Shown one piece after another: positions 21,930-30,981 of a DNA stretch of 64,000 bases; position 1 is the stretch's first letter, and every line of letters starts with the position of its first letter. Origin of the DNA: an uncultured Gammaproteobacteria bacterium. Lineage in GTDB: Bacteria > Pseudomonadota > Gammaproteobacteria > Arenicellales > Arenicellaceae. The DNA is taken from the NCBI GenBank assembly GCA_964420885.1, contig CAYQVT010000001.1:1848-65847 (forward strand). Reading direction: 5' to 3'. The translations under genes were made by a program, and so were the position numbers. Under the pieces are notes generated by a model. It did no database searches and had not been told where the DNA came from. It saw nothing but the letters and a program-made list of their open reading frames with translations.

Positions 21930-21973
21930 ACAAAAATTCCTAGTGATTTTAAGGTTGGTTAGTCATGTATTCG

Positions 21974-22004
21974 CTTAAGGCACATTCACTGAGTGTGCCT
22001 TAAG
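21974..22004 (-). terminator. Stem-loop after the TonB receptor (mRNA stabiliser or partial terminator)
   Basis: CTTAAGGCACATTC-ACT-GAGTGTGCCTTAAG. Confidence 0.55.
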
Positions 22005-22017
22005 TAACGATGGCTAG

Positions 22018-24225
22018 TCAGAAAGAATAAGTAGCGCTAAATCTCCAACGACGTGGCGTTCCCGGGCCCACCCAAACGTTGGCAAAAGAGTTGGTGAAGA
22101 ACGTTTCGTCGAATACGTTATCTATGTCCAGTCGCAACGACAGTCCATCAACTGGTTTTACTTCACCGAACAGCCGCACTGTGGTGTAGTCTGGTAAGGT
22201 GAAGTCAGACCCGACAAAGCCATTACGCTCGTCCGTATAAAAAATGCCGCCACCGATACTAGCCTGCATGCTGCCCAAGCTGAGCCCCTTACTTGCCTGT
22301 AGATTAAATTGGTGTTCTGGCGAGTTAATAACGGGGTCTCCAGCATCAATGGTAAACCCGAAACCATCGGCATCAGCAAAGCTGTTGCTAAATTCGGCAT
22401 CGGTATAGGCGTACGAGATCCAAAGACTCAGATCGTTTTCAAATTCCAGGTTTGCGTCTAACTCTAGCCCGCTACTTTCTGCTTCACCCGCTGGAATTGA
22501 GAAAAATCCGACAGCCGTCGCTTCTGGACGGTCATCATTGACAAGAAAGTTGCTTTGTTCAACTTGGAACAGAGTGACACCGATCGAACCATCTACGAAG
22601 CCATACAACTCACCAAGGTCAATTTTCAAGCCAATCTCCGTTGATTCTGTGACGTTTGGATCAAATTGATTTTCTTGGAAGTCCTGTCCGGTTTGCTGGC
22701 GAAAACCCTCGCCATAAGAGGCATACAGGCTAAGACCCTCATTGACCCGATACACCGCACCAATCTGAGGTGAAAAACGGTCATCGGATGAGGTGATCGT
22801 TGTCGCTGGAGATGCCAGAAAATTGGTGAGATCTTGCTCAAAATCGTCAAAGCGTGCACCAATACGGATTTGTAGCTGATCGGTCAGATCAATTTGATCT
22901 TGTATGTAAATGCCATAGCCTTCGAGTACTTCATTTCGATTGGTATTGGCTCCCGCAGCCGGGTTCAGGTTTGCACCAAAAACAGGATTGCCTATCTCAA
23001 GTATCAAATCATTTGCAAGGTCAGACGGTGTGAGAGCATTAATATCTCCGCCAAATCTCGAGCGAAAACGGTCAATAACCAGCGTGTTATCAAACCTATC
23101 GTAATCCACGCCCACAGTCAGTCGATGACGCAATCGCCCCGTTTGGAATTCTCCGGCCAACTCGCCGCGCAGCACAAAATACTCAGAGTCAAAGTCACGC
23201 GAGCGAAAGAATCGTGAGATCGTTTCACCGTTAAGGAAAAAGGTCTGACGCGAGCCAAATTGTGGTTCAAATGCATCACCTTCAAGACTGGTTTCACGAA
23301 AGCCCACGCCGCCCAGAAAACTCCAGTTGTCACTAAAATTATTTTGCAGTTCGAACTGATGCCCGATGACTTCGGTTTCGATTGGCACGTTCTCGCCTAC
23401 GAAAAAGTCGCGTGGAGAAAATCCAAAATCCTCGGAGAAGACGACACCGCGATCAAACGGCAATTCTTGAGAGGTATATTCTAGATCATAGGAAAGACTG
23501 GTTCGTTCAGAAATGTTCCAGTTTACTGAGGGGTAAAACCCAAATTTTTCAGACTCGGCGGGGTCACGAAAGCTATCACTATCTTCATAAAAACCAACTA
23601 AACGAAGACCAACATTCTGATCCGCTCCAAGTACGGTTTGATAGTCACCTTCAACACGCGCTTGATTCCATTCTCCTACCGTGCCTCGGATATAACCACC
23701 GGTTTCAAATTGAGGCCGTTTGGTTACAAGATTGACTGTTCCCCCCGGTTCACCCCGACCATACAGTGCTGAGCGAGGGCCCTTCAATATTTCGACAGAT
23801 TCAATGCCGACCAAATCACGAGGGCCACCAAAGCCGCGACCAGCGTTAAACCCGTTTACCAGAAAACCACTCGGCAAATTTATGTCCCCGGAGAACCCTC
23901 GAATAGAAAAGCTATTCCATAGACCACCAAAATTGTTCTGCCGCGCGGCGGAAGCTGATAGGTCCAAAGCATCGTCCAAGGTCAAGGCGCCTACCTGAAG
24001 AAGCAGCTCCTCGCTAATTGCTTGATCCGCAGTAGGGTTTTCTAAATTATCGAAGTTACCCTGATATGCACGCCGTTCGCCGAGTACGAATATCTCTTCT
24101 ATTTTAGCCTCATCGGCTGCATTTTGTGTTTGTGCTACTAGCGGTAGTGCAAACGTGATTCCAAAAGCAGCGCCTAAACCCAGCGCCGCCGATTTATATT
24201 TATAATTTTTCATAATTTCAATCAT
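22018..24225 (-). CDS. TonB-dependent metal/metallophore receptor, probably zinc-regulated
   Basis: RQNNFGGLWNSFSIRGF, EILKGPRSALYGRGEPGGTVNLVTK and C-terminal YSF; downstream of a Zur-like box. Confidence 0.92.
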   Translation of the reverse strand: MIEIMKNYKYKSAALGLGAAFGITFALPLVAQTQNAADEAKIEEIFVLGERRAYQGNFDNLENPTADQAISEELLLQVGALTLDDALDLSASAARQNNFGGLWNSFSIRGFSGDINLPSGFLVNGFNAGRGFGGPRDLVGIESVEILKGPRSALYGRGEPGGTVNLVTKRPQFETGGYIRGTVGEWNQARVEGDYQTVLGADQNVGLRLVGFYEDSDSFRDPAESEKFGFYPSVNWNISERTSLSYDLEYTSQELPFDRGVVFSEDFGFSPRDFFVGENVPIETEVIGHQFELQNNFSDNWSFLGGVGFRETSLEGDAFEPQFGSRQTFFLNGETISRFFRSRDFDSEYFVLRGELAGEFQTGRLRHRLTVGVDYDRFDNTLVIDRFRSRFGGDINALTPSDLANDLILEIGNPVFGANLNPAAGANTNRNEVLEGYGIYIQDQIDLTDQLQIRIGARFDDFEQDLTNFLASPATTITSSDDRFSPQIGAVYRVNEGLSLYASYGEGFRQQTGQDFQENQFDPNVTESTEIGLKIDLGELYGFVDGSIGVTLFQVEQSNFLVNDDRPEATAVGFFSIPAGEAESSGLELDANLEFENDLSLWISYAYTDAEFSNSFADADGFGFTIDAGDPVINSPEHQFNLQASKGLSLGSMQASIGGGIFYTDERNGFVGSDFTLPDYTTVRLFGEVKPVDGLSLRLDIDNVFDETFFTNSFANVWVGPGTPRRWRFSATYSF

Positions 24226-24304
24226 CTAACTTTATATGAACCGCAAATATGAGCGCCCAAAAACTAGTTTTGAAGGCACGTAGAGCGGCGATTAACTTTT
24301 AGGT

Positions 24305-24595
24305 TTAGATTGAAGGTGGGCCGGTAGAGGCAGGGATAAGCGCCTGGTTCTTTGTGGATAAAATCTGACTGGCAAGCGGGAGTGATTCGGCTTGCACCAT
24401 TACAAAAGTCAGCGATACCAGCTGGCTTAATATCGGCGGATCTGCTTGTTCATCATTCAAAACCGATAGACAAATAACACAGTTGTGTCGGTGGTGTTCG
24501 CTGCCGTGCTCAGCCGCATGCGCAGTAACGAATATTTGCCCAATCACGTAAAGAGAGAGCATCAACACACTTTTGGATTTGTAACACTCTAACAT
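24305..24595 (-). CDS. Small His/CxxC protein, DUF2946/CruR-like upstream ORF
   Basis: Hydrophobic N-terminus, HAAEHGSEHHRHNCVIC, C-terminal STGPP, directly upstream of a TonB receptor; ATG 24595 chosen because it lies downstream of the operator. Confidence 0.7.
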   Translation of the reverse strand: MLECYKSKSVLMLSLYVIGQIFVTAHAAEHGSEHHRHNCVICLSVLNDEQADPPILSQLVSLTFVMVQAESLPLASQILSTKNQALIPASTGPPSI

Positions 24596-24623
24596 TGAGT
24601 TCGACTTCAGTAGCACAGTGAGT

Positions 24624-24664
24624 ATTTTGAATATTATGTTATGATATAACATAATATTCAAAAT
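24624..24664. promoter_or_regulatory. Zur box within a perfect 19-3-19 palindrome
   Basis: ATTTTGAATATTATGTTAT-GAT-ATAACATAATATTCAAAAT; the core TGTTAT-N3-ATAACA matches the proteobacterial Zur consensus. Confidence 0.8.
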
Positions 24665-24846
24665 CGCAAAAAATGAATAGGCCCAGAGGAGAAAATGGGC
24701 TCTTAGTGAACGCCTCATATTATCTGCTCAGTGAAGAAGCAACCTGCGTACGCTGACATAACTACGGCACCAAATCTTTCATTTTTATCGTGTTAAATAA
24801 GTGATTAGCGCACCATTGCAAGGACGATTTGAAGTTGATTTGACTA

Positions 24847-26754
24847 TTGCTGAGTATCCTCTATATACGAAAGCCAACCACTCATCTAGAAAACGCGACC
24901 TTGAAACTAAGCTTTACATTTACAGCCTTCTTTCTTCTAAATTTGGGGTTTTTATGCGCCGTTAATGCGACGGAAAATAATGGAGAACAAGAGAGGAATA
25001 TCCAACTCGAGGCTAAGTTATCCAATCTGTTGAAGACCCAGGGGATCCAGGGGATTACATGGCATGTCATCGATGAGAATGGTGCCCGTTCTGGTGGCTT
25101 AGGCCTCGCTAACGTTACTACGCATCAATCGATGACTGATTCGACTCCAGTACATGTGGGTTCAGTGATGAAAACTCTTCTTGCAATCGGGGTCTTAAGA
25201 TTCATCGAAAAGTCAGATCTCTCACTTGATAGTGAGGTCACCCCCTTGTTATCAACTCCGATCATAGATAATCCGTGGCGTGATTCTTCACCTGTTCTAA
25301 TCAGACATTTGCTGGAGCACACTGCTGGTCTAAACAATTTGAACATTTGGCAGTTTCTAAACTCTCAACCAACAGAAGACACTCCCCTAAAGGCCGCGCT
25401 TCTAGCGCGCGACAACGCTGTGCTCAAGATTCGTAGCAAACCTGGAACTCAATATTCGTATTCGAATACCGGCTACGCATTGTTGGCATGGGTGCTTGAA
25501 GAGGTAAGTGGCCAACGTTATGAAGACTATCTTGATCGAGAGCTTCTCTCTGAAGTTGGTATGGGCCAAAGTACCTTTCATTTTACTCATCAGAAACAAG
25601 ATGCTGCAGTTCCGCTAGCAATGGGCTACCTCGAAGATAATCAGGAAATACAAGCATTGCCCACATATCTCAGGCCGGCAGGACAATTCACTACTACTGC
25701 GAAGGATATGTTGGCTTTCTCTATGTTCTTACTAGGCAATGGAAATCTGCGCGGCCAGCAATTTATACGGCTCGGACTAATTAAACAGTTGGCTGAGCCA
25801 TCTACGACCAAGGCAGCACTGGCAGGTCTAAGAATTGGTCACGGTCTAGCACTCGCGTTGAGAGACCGTCATGGCGTACTCGGACAATGTCATCCAGGAA
25901 CTACTTTCGGGTTTCGGGCAAACTTTTGCGTGTTTCCTGATCAGGGAAAAGCCTTTTTCTACTCCGTGAATACCGATAGTGAAATTGCTGACTATAGCCA
26001 GTTTGACGTAGCATTTATCAAAGCACTCAATCTGACTGATACGGCTACCGTCAATCCGATGTTAGAGTCAGGTAGTGTGCATCATCAGAATATCGAGGGC
26101 TTTTATCTGTTCAGTCCAAACAACATGGAAGAATTTGCTTGGCTTGACGCTGTGTTCGGTGTACAGCACATGAGCTGGAAGGGCTCGAAATTGGTAATCA
26201 GCTCCTTACAAAACGCAGACAAAACTCTGGTGCCAATCAGCGGCTCCTTGTTTCGTGCCATTGACCGGAGAATTCCTTCCCACGTTGTGTATGAATCAGA
26301 CGGTGATTCTTTTTTGAGCGATGGACTGAATACTTTTAAAAAAGCCTCCGTTTTTACGGTAGTTTATTACTGGGGTAGCTCGATTCTGGGGTTAATGGGG
26401 CTGTTCTACATATTAGTTGTTGCCACTTCACGTTTTGTTCTCAAGTCTACTACGGTAAACAAGTATCTACAGTGGCCGTGGTACAGCTTACTTTTGTTCA
26501 CAATACCCATCTTCGCCTTCTCTCAACAAAGCTTTATTCATTTCGGCGAACTGACCTTGGCGAGTGGACTATTAACGATTGCATCATTGTTGCTTCCAAT
26601 TTCATTGACCATATCGGCAATCAAAATGGTAAAGCCGACTCAGTACTCTCAGATAATGCGTCGTGATCTGATCGCTACAGTCCTAGCGCTGCACCTGATC
26701 ATAATGCTTCTATACTGGGGAGCGCTGCCGATAAAATTCTGGGTGATGAATTAG
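24847..26754 (+). CDS. Serine hydrolase (class C beta-lactamase-like) with C-terminal TM helices
   Basis: SxxK (SVMK), LLEHTAG, YSN and HPG motifs; signal peptide; about 4 C-terminal TMs; true start may be 24901. Confidence 0.88.
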   Translation: MLSILYIRKPTTHLENATLKLSFTFTAFFLLNLGFLCAVNATENNGEQERNIQLEAKLSNLLKTQGIQGITWHVIDENGARSGGLGLANVTTHQSMTDSTPVHVGSVMKTLLAIGVLRFIEKSDLSLDSEVTPLLSTPIIDNPWRDSSPVLIRHLLEHTAGLNNLNIWQFLNSQPTEDTPLKAALLARDNAVLKIRSKPGTQYSYSNTGYALLAWVLEEVSGQRYEDYLDRELLSEVGMGQSTFHFTHQKQDAAVPLAMGYLEDNQEIQALPTYLRPAGQFTTTAKDMLAFSMFLLGNGNLRGQQFIRLGLIKQLAEPSTTKAALAGLRIGHGLALALRDRHGVLGQCHPGTTFGFRANFCVFPDQGKAFFYSVNTDSEIADYSQFDVAFIKALNLTDTATVNPMLESGSVHHQNIEGFYLFSPNNMEEFAWLDAVFGVQHMSWKGSKLVISSLQNADKTLVPISGSLFRAIDRRIPSHVVYESDGDSFLSDGLNTFKKASVFTVVYYWGSSILGLMGLFYILVVATSRFVLKSTTVNKYLQWPWYSLLLFTIPIFAFSQQSFIHFGELTLASGLLTIASLLLPISLTISAIKMVKPTQYSQIMRRDLIATVLALHLIIMLLYWGALPIKFWVMN

Positions 26755-26828
26755 AGAAAAATACGAGTAGTATTGGAAATAAAATTTGTATTTAAGAATT
26801 GGTCTGATTTTGCTTTTCGTCTGCGTTG

Positions 26829-26941
26829 CTTTGGGCAAGAAGCCGTCATTTCGACCGAGTGAAACGAGTGGAGAAACCTCTAATATTTACTCATAATTTG
26901 GAGATCTTTCGACTTCGCTCAAGATGGCGGCATAGGGCAAA
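26829..26941 (+). repeat. Palindromic ~115 bp repeat, copy 2
   Basis: TTGGGCAAGAAGCCGTCATTTCGACC...CGCTCAAGATGGCGGCATAGGGCAAA. Confidence 0.9.
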
Positions 26942-27083
26942 GTTGAGGTTTTTAGCCTTGTAAATTTGAAATAGTAAAATGCCTCTGAGATACTAGAAAG
27001 AGACATTTCAGATGTATGTGTGTCAATTCAATATCGCTGCTTAGGAAATGCTTGAGTATCTTTTGTTCTGTGAAGTTAAATTG

Positions 27084-27656
27084 ATGAGTGAAATTGAAGT
27101 GGTAATGGCCAACCCTAGGTGGGTCGAAGAATACACTGCTCTTGCATGTCAAATTAGGAGCACTGTCGATGACGATGCTATTCGTGTCGATCATATCGGT
27201 TCGACTGCGGTTAATGGCCTAGCTGCAAAAGATGTGATTGATATTCAAATATCTGTCGAAAATCTATCAAAAGAGACCGTCACCTCTAAGCTTGTCGATA
27301 TTGGATACCGCTTACACGACAACGCGAAGGACAATTTGATAGGTTTCTCTCAAGGCTCGCCTGAGCTCCGAAAACAATTCTTATCAGAACCCAAAAACCA
27401 GCGCCGAACCAATGTGCATATACGCCAGATTGGTAGACTAAATCAAGAGTACCCTCTGTTGTTTAGAGATTTTTTGAGGAACGATCCGTTTATGACCCAC
27501 GCTTACCAGCAGATTAAATTGGAACTAGCAATGCGTTTCCCCAATGATATAGATTCCTATTACGCAATTAAAGATCCTTACATGGATACGCTTTATCGAG
27601 CAGCTCAGTCTTGGGCAGAATCTGTAAACTGGAAACCGAGCAATGACTTTCTATAA
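27084..27656 (+). CDS. GrpB/UPF0157 family nucleotidyltransferase-fold protein
   Basis: DHIGSTAV.GLAAKDVIDI, NVHIR, FRDFLR and Y..IK motifs; ORF track starts at 27048. Confidence 0.9.
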   Translation: MSEIEVVMANPRWVEEYTALACQIRSTVDDDAIRVDHIGSTAVNGLAAKDVIDIQISVENLSKETVTSKLVDIGYRLHDNAKDNLIGFSQGSPELRKQFLSEPKNQRRTNVHIRQIGRLNQEYPLLFRDFLRNDPFMTHAYQQIKLELAMRFPNDIDSYYAIKDPYMDTLYRAAQSWAESVNWKPSNDFL

Positions 27657-27785
27657 TGACTGTTTTGGGCAAGAACCCGTCGTTTCGACCGAGTGAAGCG
27701 AGTGGAGAAACCTCTAATATTTACTCAAAATTTGGAGATCTTTCGACTTCGCTCAAGATGACGGCCCTTGGCAAACTTCGGGCAT
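27655..27785 (+). repeat. Palindromic ~115 bp repeat, copy 3
   Basis: AATGACTGTTTTGGGCAAGAACCCGTCGTTTCGACC...CAAGATGACGGCCCTTGGCAAACTTCGGGCAT; begins within the GrpB stop codon. Confidence 0.9.
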
Positions 27786-27854
27786 CCATCTGCGAGATAC
27801 TGTAAGAATTGGTCTCTTGATTTCGAGGGGTGGGGTTATTAAATAATTTGGGAT

Positions 27855-28640
27855 TTATGAATACCTAATTAAGGTGCGGCTCTCGATACTTTTCCTGATG
27901 TTTCGCTGACTGGCTTGGGTTTCTATGACATCAAGCGCACTGTGGCCGAGGCTAGGTACGTCTCTATTATCATAAATATTAAAGATAGCTACTTCACTTG
28001 GGGTCATTTGAGACATGTAAAACCACTCATGGTTTTTGTTCGCGGCGAGACCTAAAATCTGACCTACCCGGTTGGGGTAAATCAACTCTATGGTCATCCA
28101 ATCTTTAGGGTTAATAGATGAAGGTCGAATGAACCCAAGTGGAGAGGTCGTTATTACGTGATCTACTGGCCGCCAAACATTAACGAAACCGAAGTGCCCT
28201 TCATTGAATTCTTCGGCATTTTCTTGGCCAAGCAAATCAACGAGTCTTTGTTGTGCACCTTGAAAACTATAATCATTATGTACATTACGGGCCGGTTTTC
28301 GATCTGCGTTTGGATCATCGACTCTAACTGTATGATCGAACACTATGACGTCTTCCGCACCGAGTTTGTCTTTTAGTAGTAAAGATAATTCGTGTTCATA
28401 GCTATGAACCCAATCTGAAGAATTATCAAATCCCGGGGTGTGACTGACGTGATTTTCAAAAGTAATTCCATCATTAGAAAATTTAACATGTAAGTCTTTG
28501 TCTCTAAGGTCTTTTACAGTAACTTCCGTTGGCATTAACTCGGGCGAGATTAAGTTACCGACAATGCCGTCGACATCAAATTCAAATGCCTGCTTTTCAG
28601 CTTTTTTTACGTGGTAGTTCACTATTGCGCGGATGCTCAT
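27855..28640 (-). CDS. CmcJ/NvfI/AsaB-like oxidoreductase
   Basis: FDHTVR, VHNDYS, VNVWRP, HSA and RKSIESR motifs. Confidence 0.8.
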   Translation of the reverse strand: MSIRAIVNYHVKKAEKQAFEFDVDGIVGNLISPELMPTEVTVKDLRDKDLHVKFSNDGITFENHVSHTPGFDNSSDWVHSYEHELSLLLKDKLGAEDVIVFDHTVRVDDPNADRKPARNVHNDYSFQGAQQRLVDLLGQENAEEFNEGHFGFVNVWRPVDHVITTSPLGFIRPSSINPKDWMTIELIYPNRVGQILGLAANKNHEWFYMSQMTPSEVAIFNIYDNRDVPSLGHSALDVIETQASQRNIRKSIESRTLIRYS

Positions 28641-28695
28641 TTTAGACCTCTAAATTCAAGCATGGTTTCTGTCGGCGATCAGAAAGCCTTTTGAC

Positions 28696-29682
28696 CTATA
28701 AAGAGACAACGACTTTACCCAAGGCCTTACCGCTTGCAAGATGGTCATGAGCTTTTCCAATTTCGTGTAGGTCAAAATGTTCGGTATCGACCACTGGTCT
28801 CATAGCCCCCTGATCGACTATGTTTGCCAGCTTGGTCAAAATCTCGCCATGCTGTTCTCTTTTGATGTTGTGTAGCATCGGAATCAACATAAAAACAACG
28901 TGCAAAGAAAGACCTTTGAAGTGCGCTAGCGTTAGATCAATTTCGAGCATAGAAACCGTGGTAGCCACATGACCATTTAACGCAGTGGCTTCAAATGAAC
29001 TAAGCATATTCGCGCCGCCAACGGAATCGAATACAACATCAAAACCACGCCCACCTGTGTATTGCTCAACGTAATCAGCAACCGACTCGGAGCGATAATT
29101 AATACCTGTTGCGCCTAACGATTTGATCAGTTCTAACTGAGTTTCACCGCCGCCGGTGGAATACACATCTGCGCCGAAGTGCTTTGCTAATTGGAGAGCC
29201 ACGTGTCCTACGCCCCCAGAGCCACCATGAACAAGAACCTTTTGACCTTTCGTGACGCCCGCTCTCATCATACCCTCATACGCGGTAATACCCACCAGAG
29301 GCAATGCCGCTGCTTCGCGCATTGAAATGGTTGTCGGTTTATGCGCGATCAATTGTGAATCTACCAACATAAATTCGGCAAGCGCACCTTGTAAATCAGC
29401 CAGCCCTCCCGCGCAGCCGTAAACCTCATCACCAATGTTAAAACCATCGACACCTTCGCCGATCTCTTCAATGACGCCGGCGAAATCCATACCAAGTACT
29501 GCAGGTAATGCAGGGGATAAGGCTAAATCTTGACCCATTTGCCGAATCATGGTGTCCACCGTATTAACGCTCGTCGCTGCAATTTTTACCAATACATGGC
29601 CTGACTTGATGACTGGTTTATCAATGTGGGCTTGTTCAAAAACATCGCTGTTCCCGTAGGCGTTAACAATCATTGCTTTCAT
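28696..29682 (-). CDS. MDR superfamily quinone-oxidoreductase-like protein
   Basis: SVNTVD, LGMDFAG, AAALPLVGITA and HGGSGGVGH motifs. Confidence 0.88.
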   Translation of the reverse strand: MKAMIVNAYGNSDVFEQAHIDKPVIKSGHVLVKIAATSVNTVDTMIRQMGQDLALSPALPAVLGMDFAGVIEEIGEGVDGFNIGDEVYGCAGGLADLQGALAEFMLVDSQLIAHKPTTISMREAAALPLVGITAYEGMMRAGVTKGQKVLVHGGSGGVGHVALQLAKHFGADVYSTGGGETQLELIKSLGATGINYRSESVADYVEQYTGGRGFDVVFDSVGGANMLSSFEATALNGHVATTVSMLEIDLTLAHFKGLSLHVVFMLIPMLHNIKREQHGEILTKLANIVDQGAMRPVVDTEHFDLHEIGKAHDHLASGKALGKVVVSL

Positions 29683-29788
29683 AATCAAATATCTCTTGGT
29701 ATTGGTTAATTCAAACCTGAGTATATTTATTTACACAATTGCTGATAATATTTAAATTAACTTAATCAATTTATAGTTTTTATTGACA

Positions 29789-30685
29789 ATGAACATAGAG
29801 CACCTAAGATTATTCATGCGTGTCGCAGCCATAAACAACATCAGCATGGCTGGAAAAGAACTGGGACTTTCACCTGCGGTATCCAGTGCTCACATCAATA
29901 AACTCGAAGAAGGTTTGGGCGTTAGGTTGATTCACAGAACAACTCGGCGAGTCTCTTTAACCGAAGAAGGGATAGACTTTCTGCCTCACGCCGAGCAAGT
30001 GCTTGCCAGCGTCGAACTCGCGCAAGCTTCGGTTGGATCAGGCAGTGTGACACCACAAGGAACACTACGCATTACCGCCCCCGCCTCATTTGGGCGCATG
30101 CACATTGTTCCAGCGCTGGCAGACTTCACGCAACGTTACCCTGACCTGATGCTCGACCTAAGGCTCTGTGATTCGATCTTAGATATGGTCGAAGGTGGTT
30201 TTGATATTGCGATTAGAAACTCCAGCCTAAATGATTCCACGTTGGTTGCACGAAAGCTCGCCGTCGATAATCGCATGGTGCTCGCTTCGCCTGCTTTTCT
30301 TGAAAAGTATGGTGAACCAAAATCGGCAGACGATTTAACTGCGTTCAACTGTGTGGGTTTGATGGGGCTAGAAGATTGGGCTTTCAAAACGCCTAAAGGG
30401 CGTCAAAGCGTTAAGCCAAAACATATACTGCGCATGGACAATGGAGAGGCGGTTCGGGACGCCTGTGTTAATGGGCTGGGTATAACAATATGCTCCGCCT
30501 GGTGCGCTTACGAACAACTTAGAAACGGTGAGTTAGTTCAAATACTTAAAGATCAGCCCCTAGCGAGTGATACAGCAATTTGGGCGGTTTATCCGAGCTC
30601 AAGAATGCTCGCACCTAAAGTGCGAGTATTTATCGACTATTTCTTAGAAATACTGGGTGATAAACCGTATTGGGAAGACGCATGA
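29789..30685 (+). CDS. LysR regulator (CrgA/DmlR-like)
   Basis: HTH followed by LEEGLGVRLIHRTTRRVSLTEEG and PKVRVFIDY; divergent from the oxidoreductase. Confidence 0.93.
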   Translation: MNIEHLRLFMRVAAINNISMAGKELGLSPAVSSAHINKLEEGLGVRLIHRTTRRVSLTEEGIDFLPHAEQVLASVELAQASVGSGSVTPQGTLRITAPASFGRMHIVPALADFTQRYPDLMLDLRLCDSILDMVEGGFDIAIRNSSLNDSTLVARKLAVDNRMVLASPAFLEKYGEPKSADDLTAFNCVGLMGLEDWAFKTPKGRQSVKPKHILRMDNGEAVRDACVNGLGITICSAWCAYEQLRNGELVQILKDQPLASDTAIWAVYPSSRMLAPKVRVFIDYFLEILGDKPYWEDA

Positions 30686-30701
30686 GTTTGTTGATAGTGC
30701 G

Positions 30702-30950
30702 CTATTCTTTTGTTTGCATACTTAAGCTTTTATAAAGCAGATCTTTAAGCTTAGATCGATCGTGTTTCATCTTATGCATTTCTGAATCGCCTATTGGCGA
30801 GTTTGCCAGTTCTAGTGTTCTAATTTTCTCATCGAGTTGGTTGTACTGTTTTGCTCGTTCAGCAAACAACTGATCATTTGATACTAATTTTTTAATCAGT
30901 GCTGAGAATTCTGGGAACTCGTTCAATAATGAATGGTTTTCACCTAACAT
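30702..30950 (-). CDS. YdcH/DUF465 family protein
   Basis: MLGENHSL..EFPE, Y..LD..IR.LE and R..LKD.L pattern. Confidence 0.8.
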   Translation of the reverse strand: MLGENHSLLNEFPEFSALIKKLVSNDQLFAERAKQYNQLDEKIRTLELANSPIGDSEMHKMKHDRSKLKDLLYKSLSMQTKE

Positions 30951-30981
30951 ATATTTTGCTCCAACTTATCGGTAATGGGAT

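Noticed and set aside
24624-24664. Palindrome as a ninth GntR cluster operator
   Set aside because: It shares TGATATAACA, but the symmetry is N3 (Zur-type) rather than N6, and the context is metal uptake
24596-24718. N-terminal extension of the 137-aa ORF
   Set aside because: It runs through the operator/promoter; ATG at 24595 is more plausible
24847-26754. Bona fide beta-lactamase resistance gene
   Set aside because: Fold motifs only; the membrane-anchored C-terminal extension is typical of uncharacterised peptidases/esterases
16121-27785. Repeats as a CRISPR array
   Set aside because: Units are ~115 bp, separated by 0.7-10 kb of genes, and no cas genes are present
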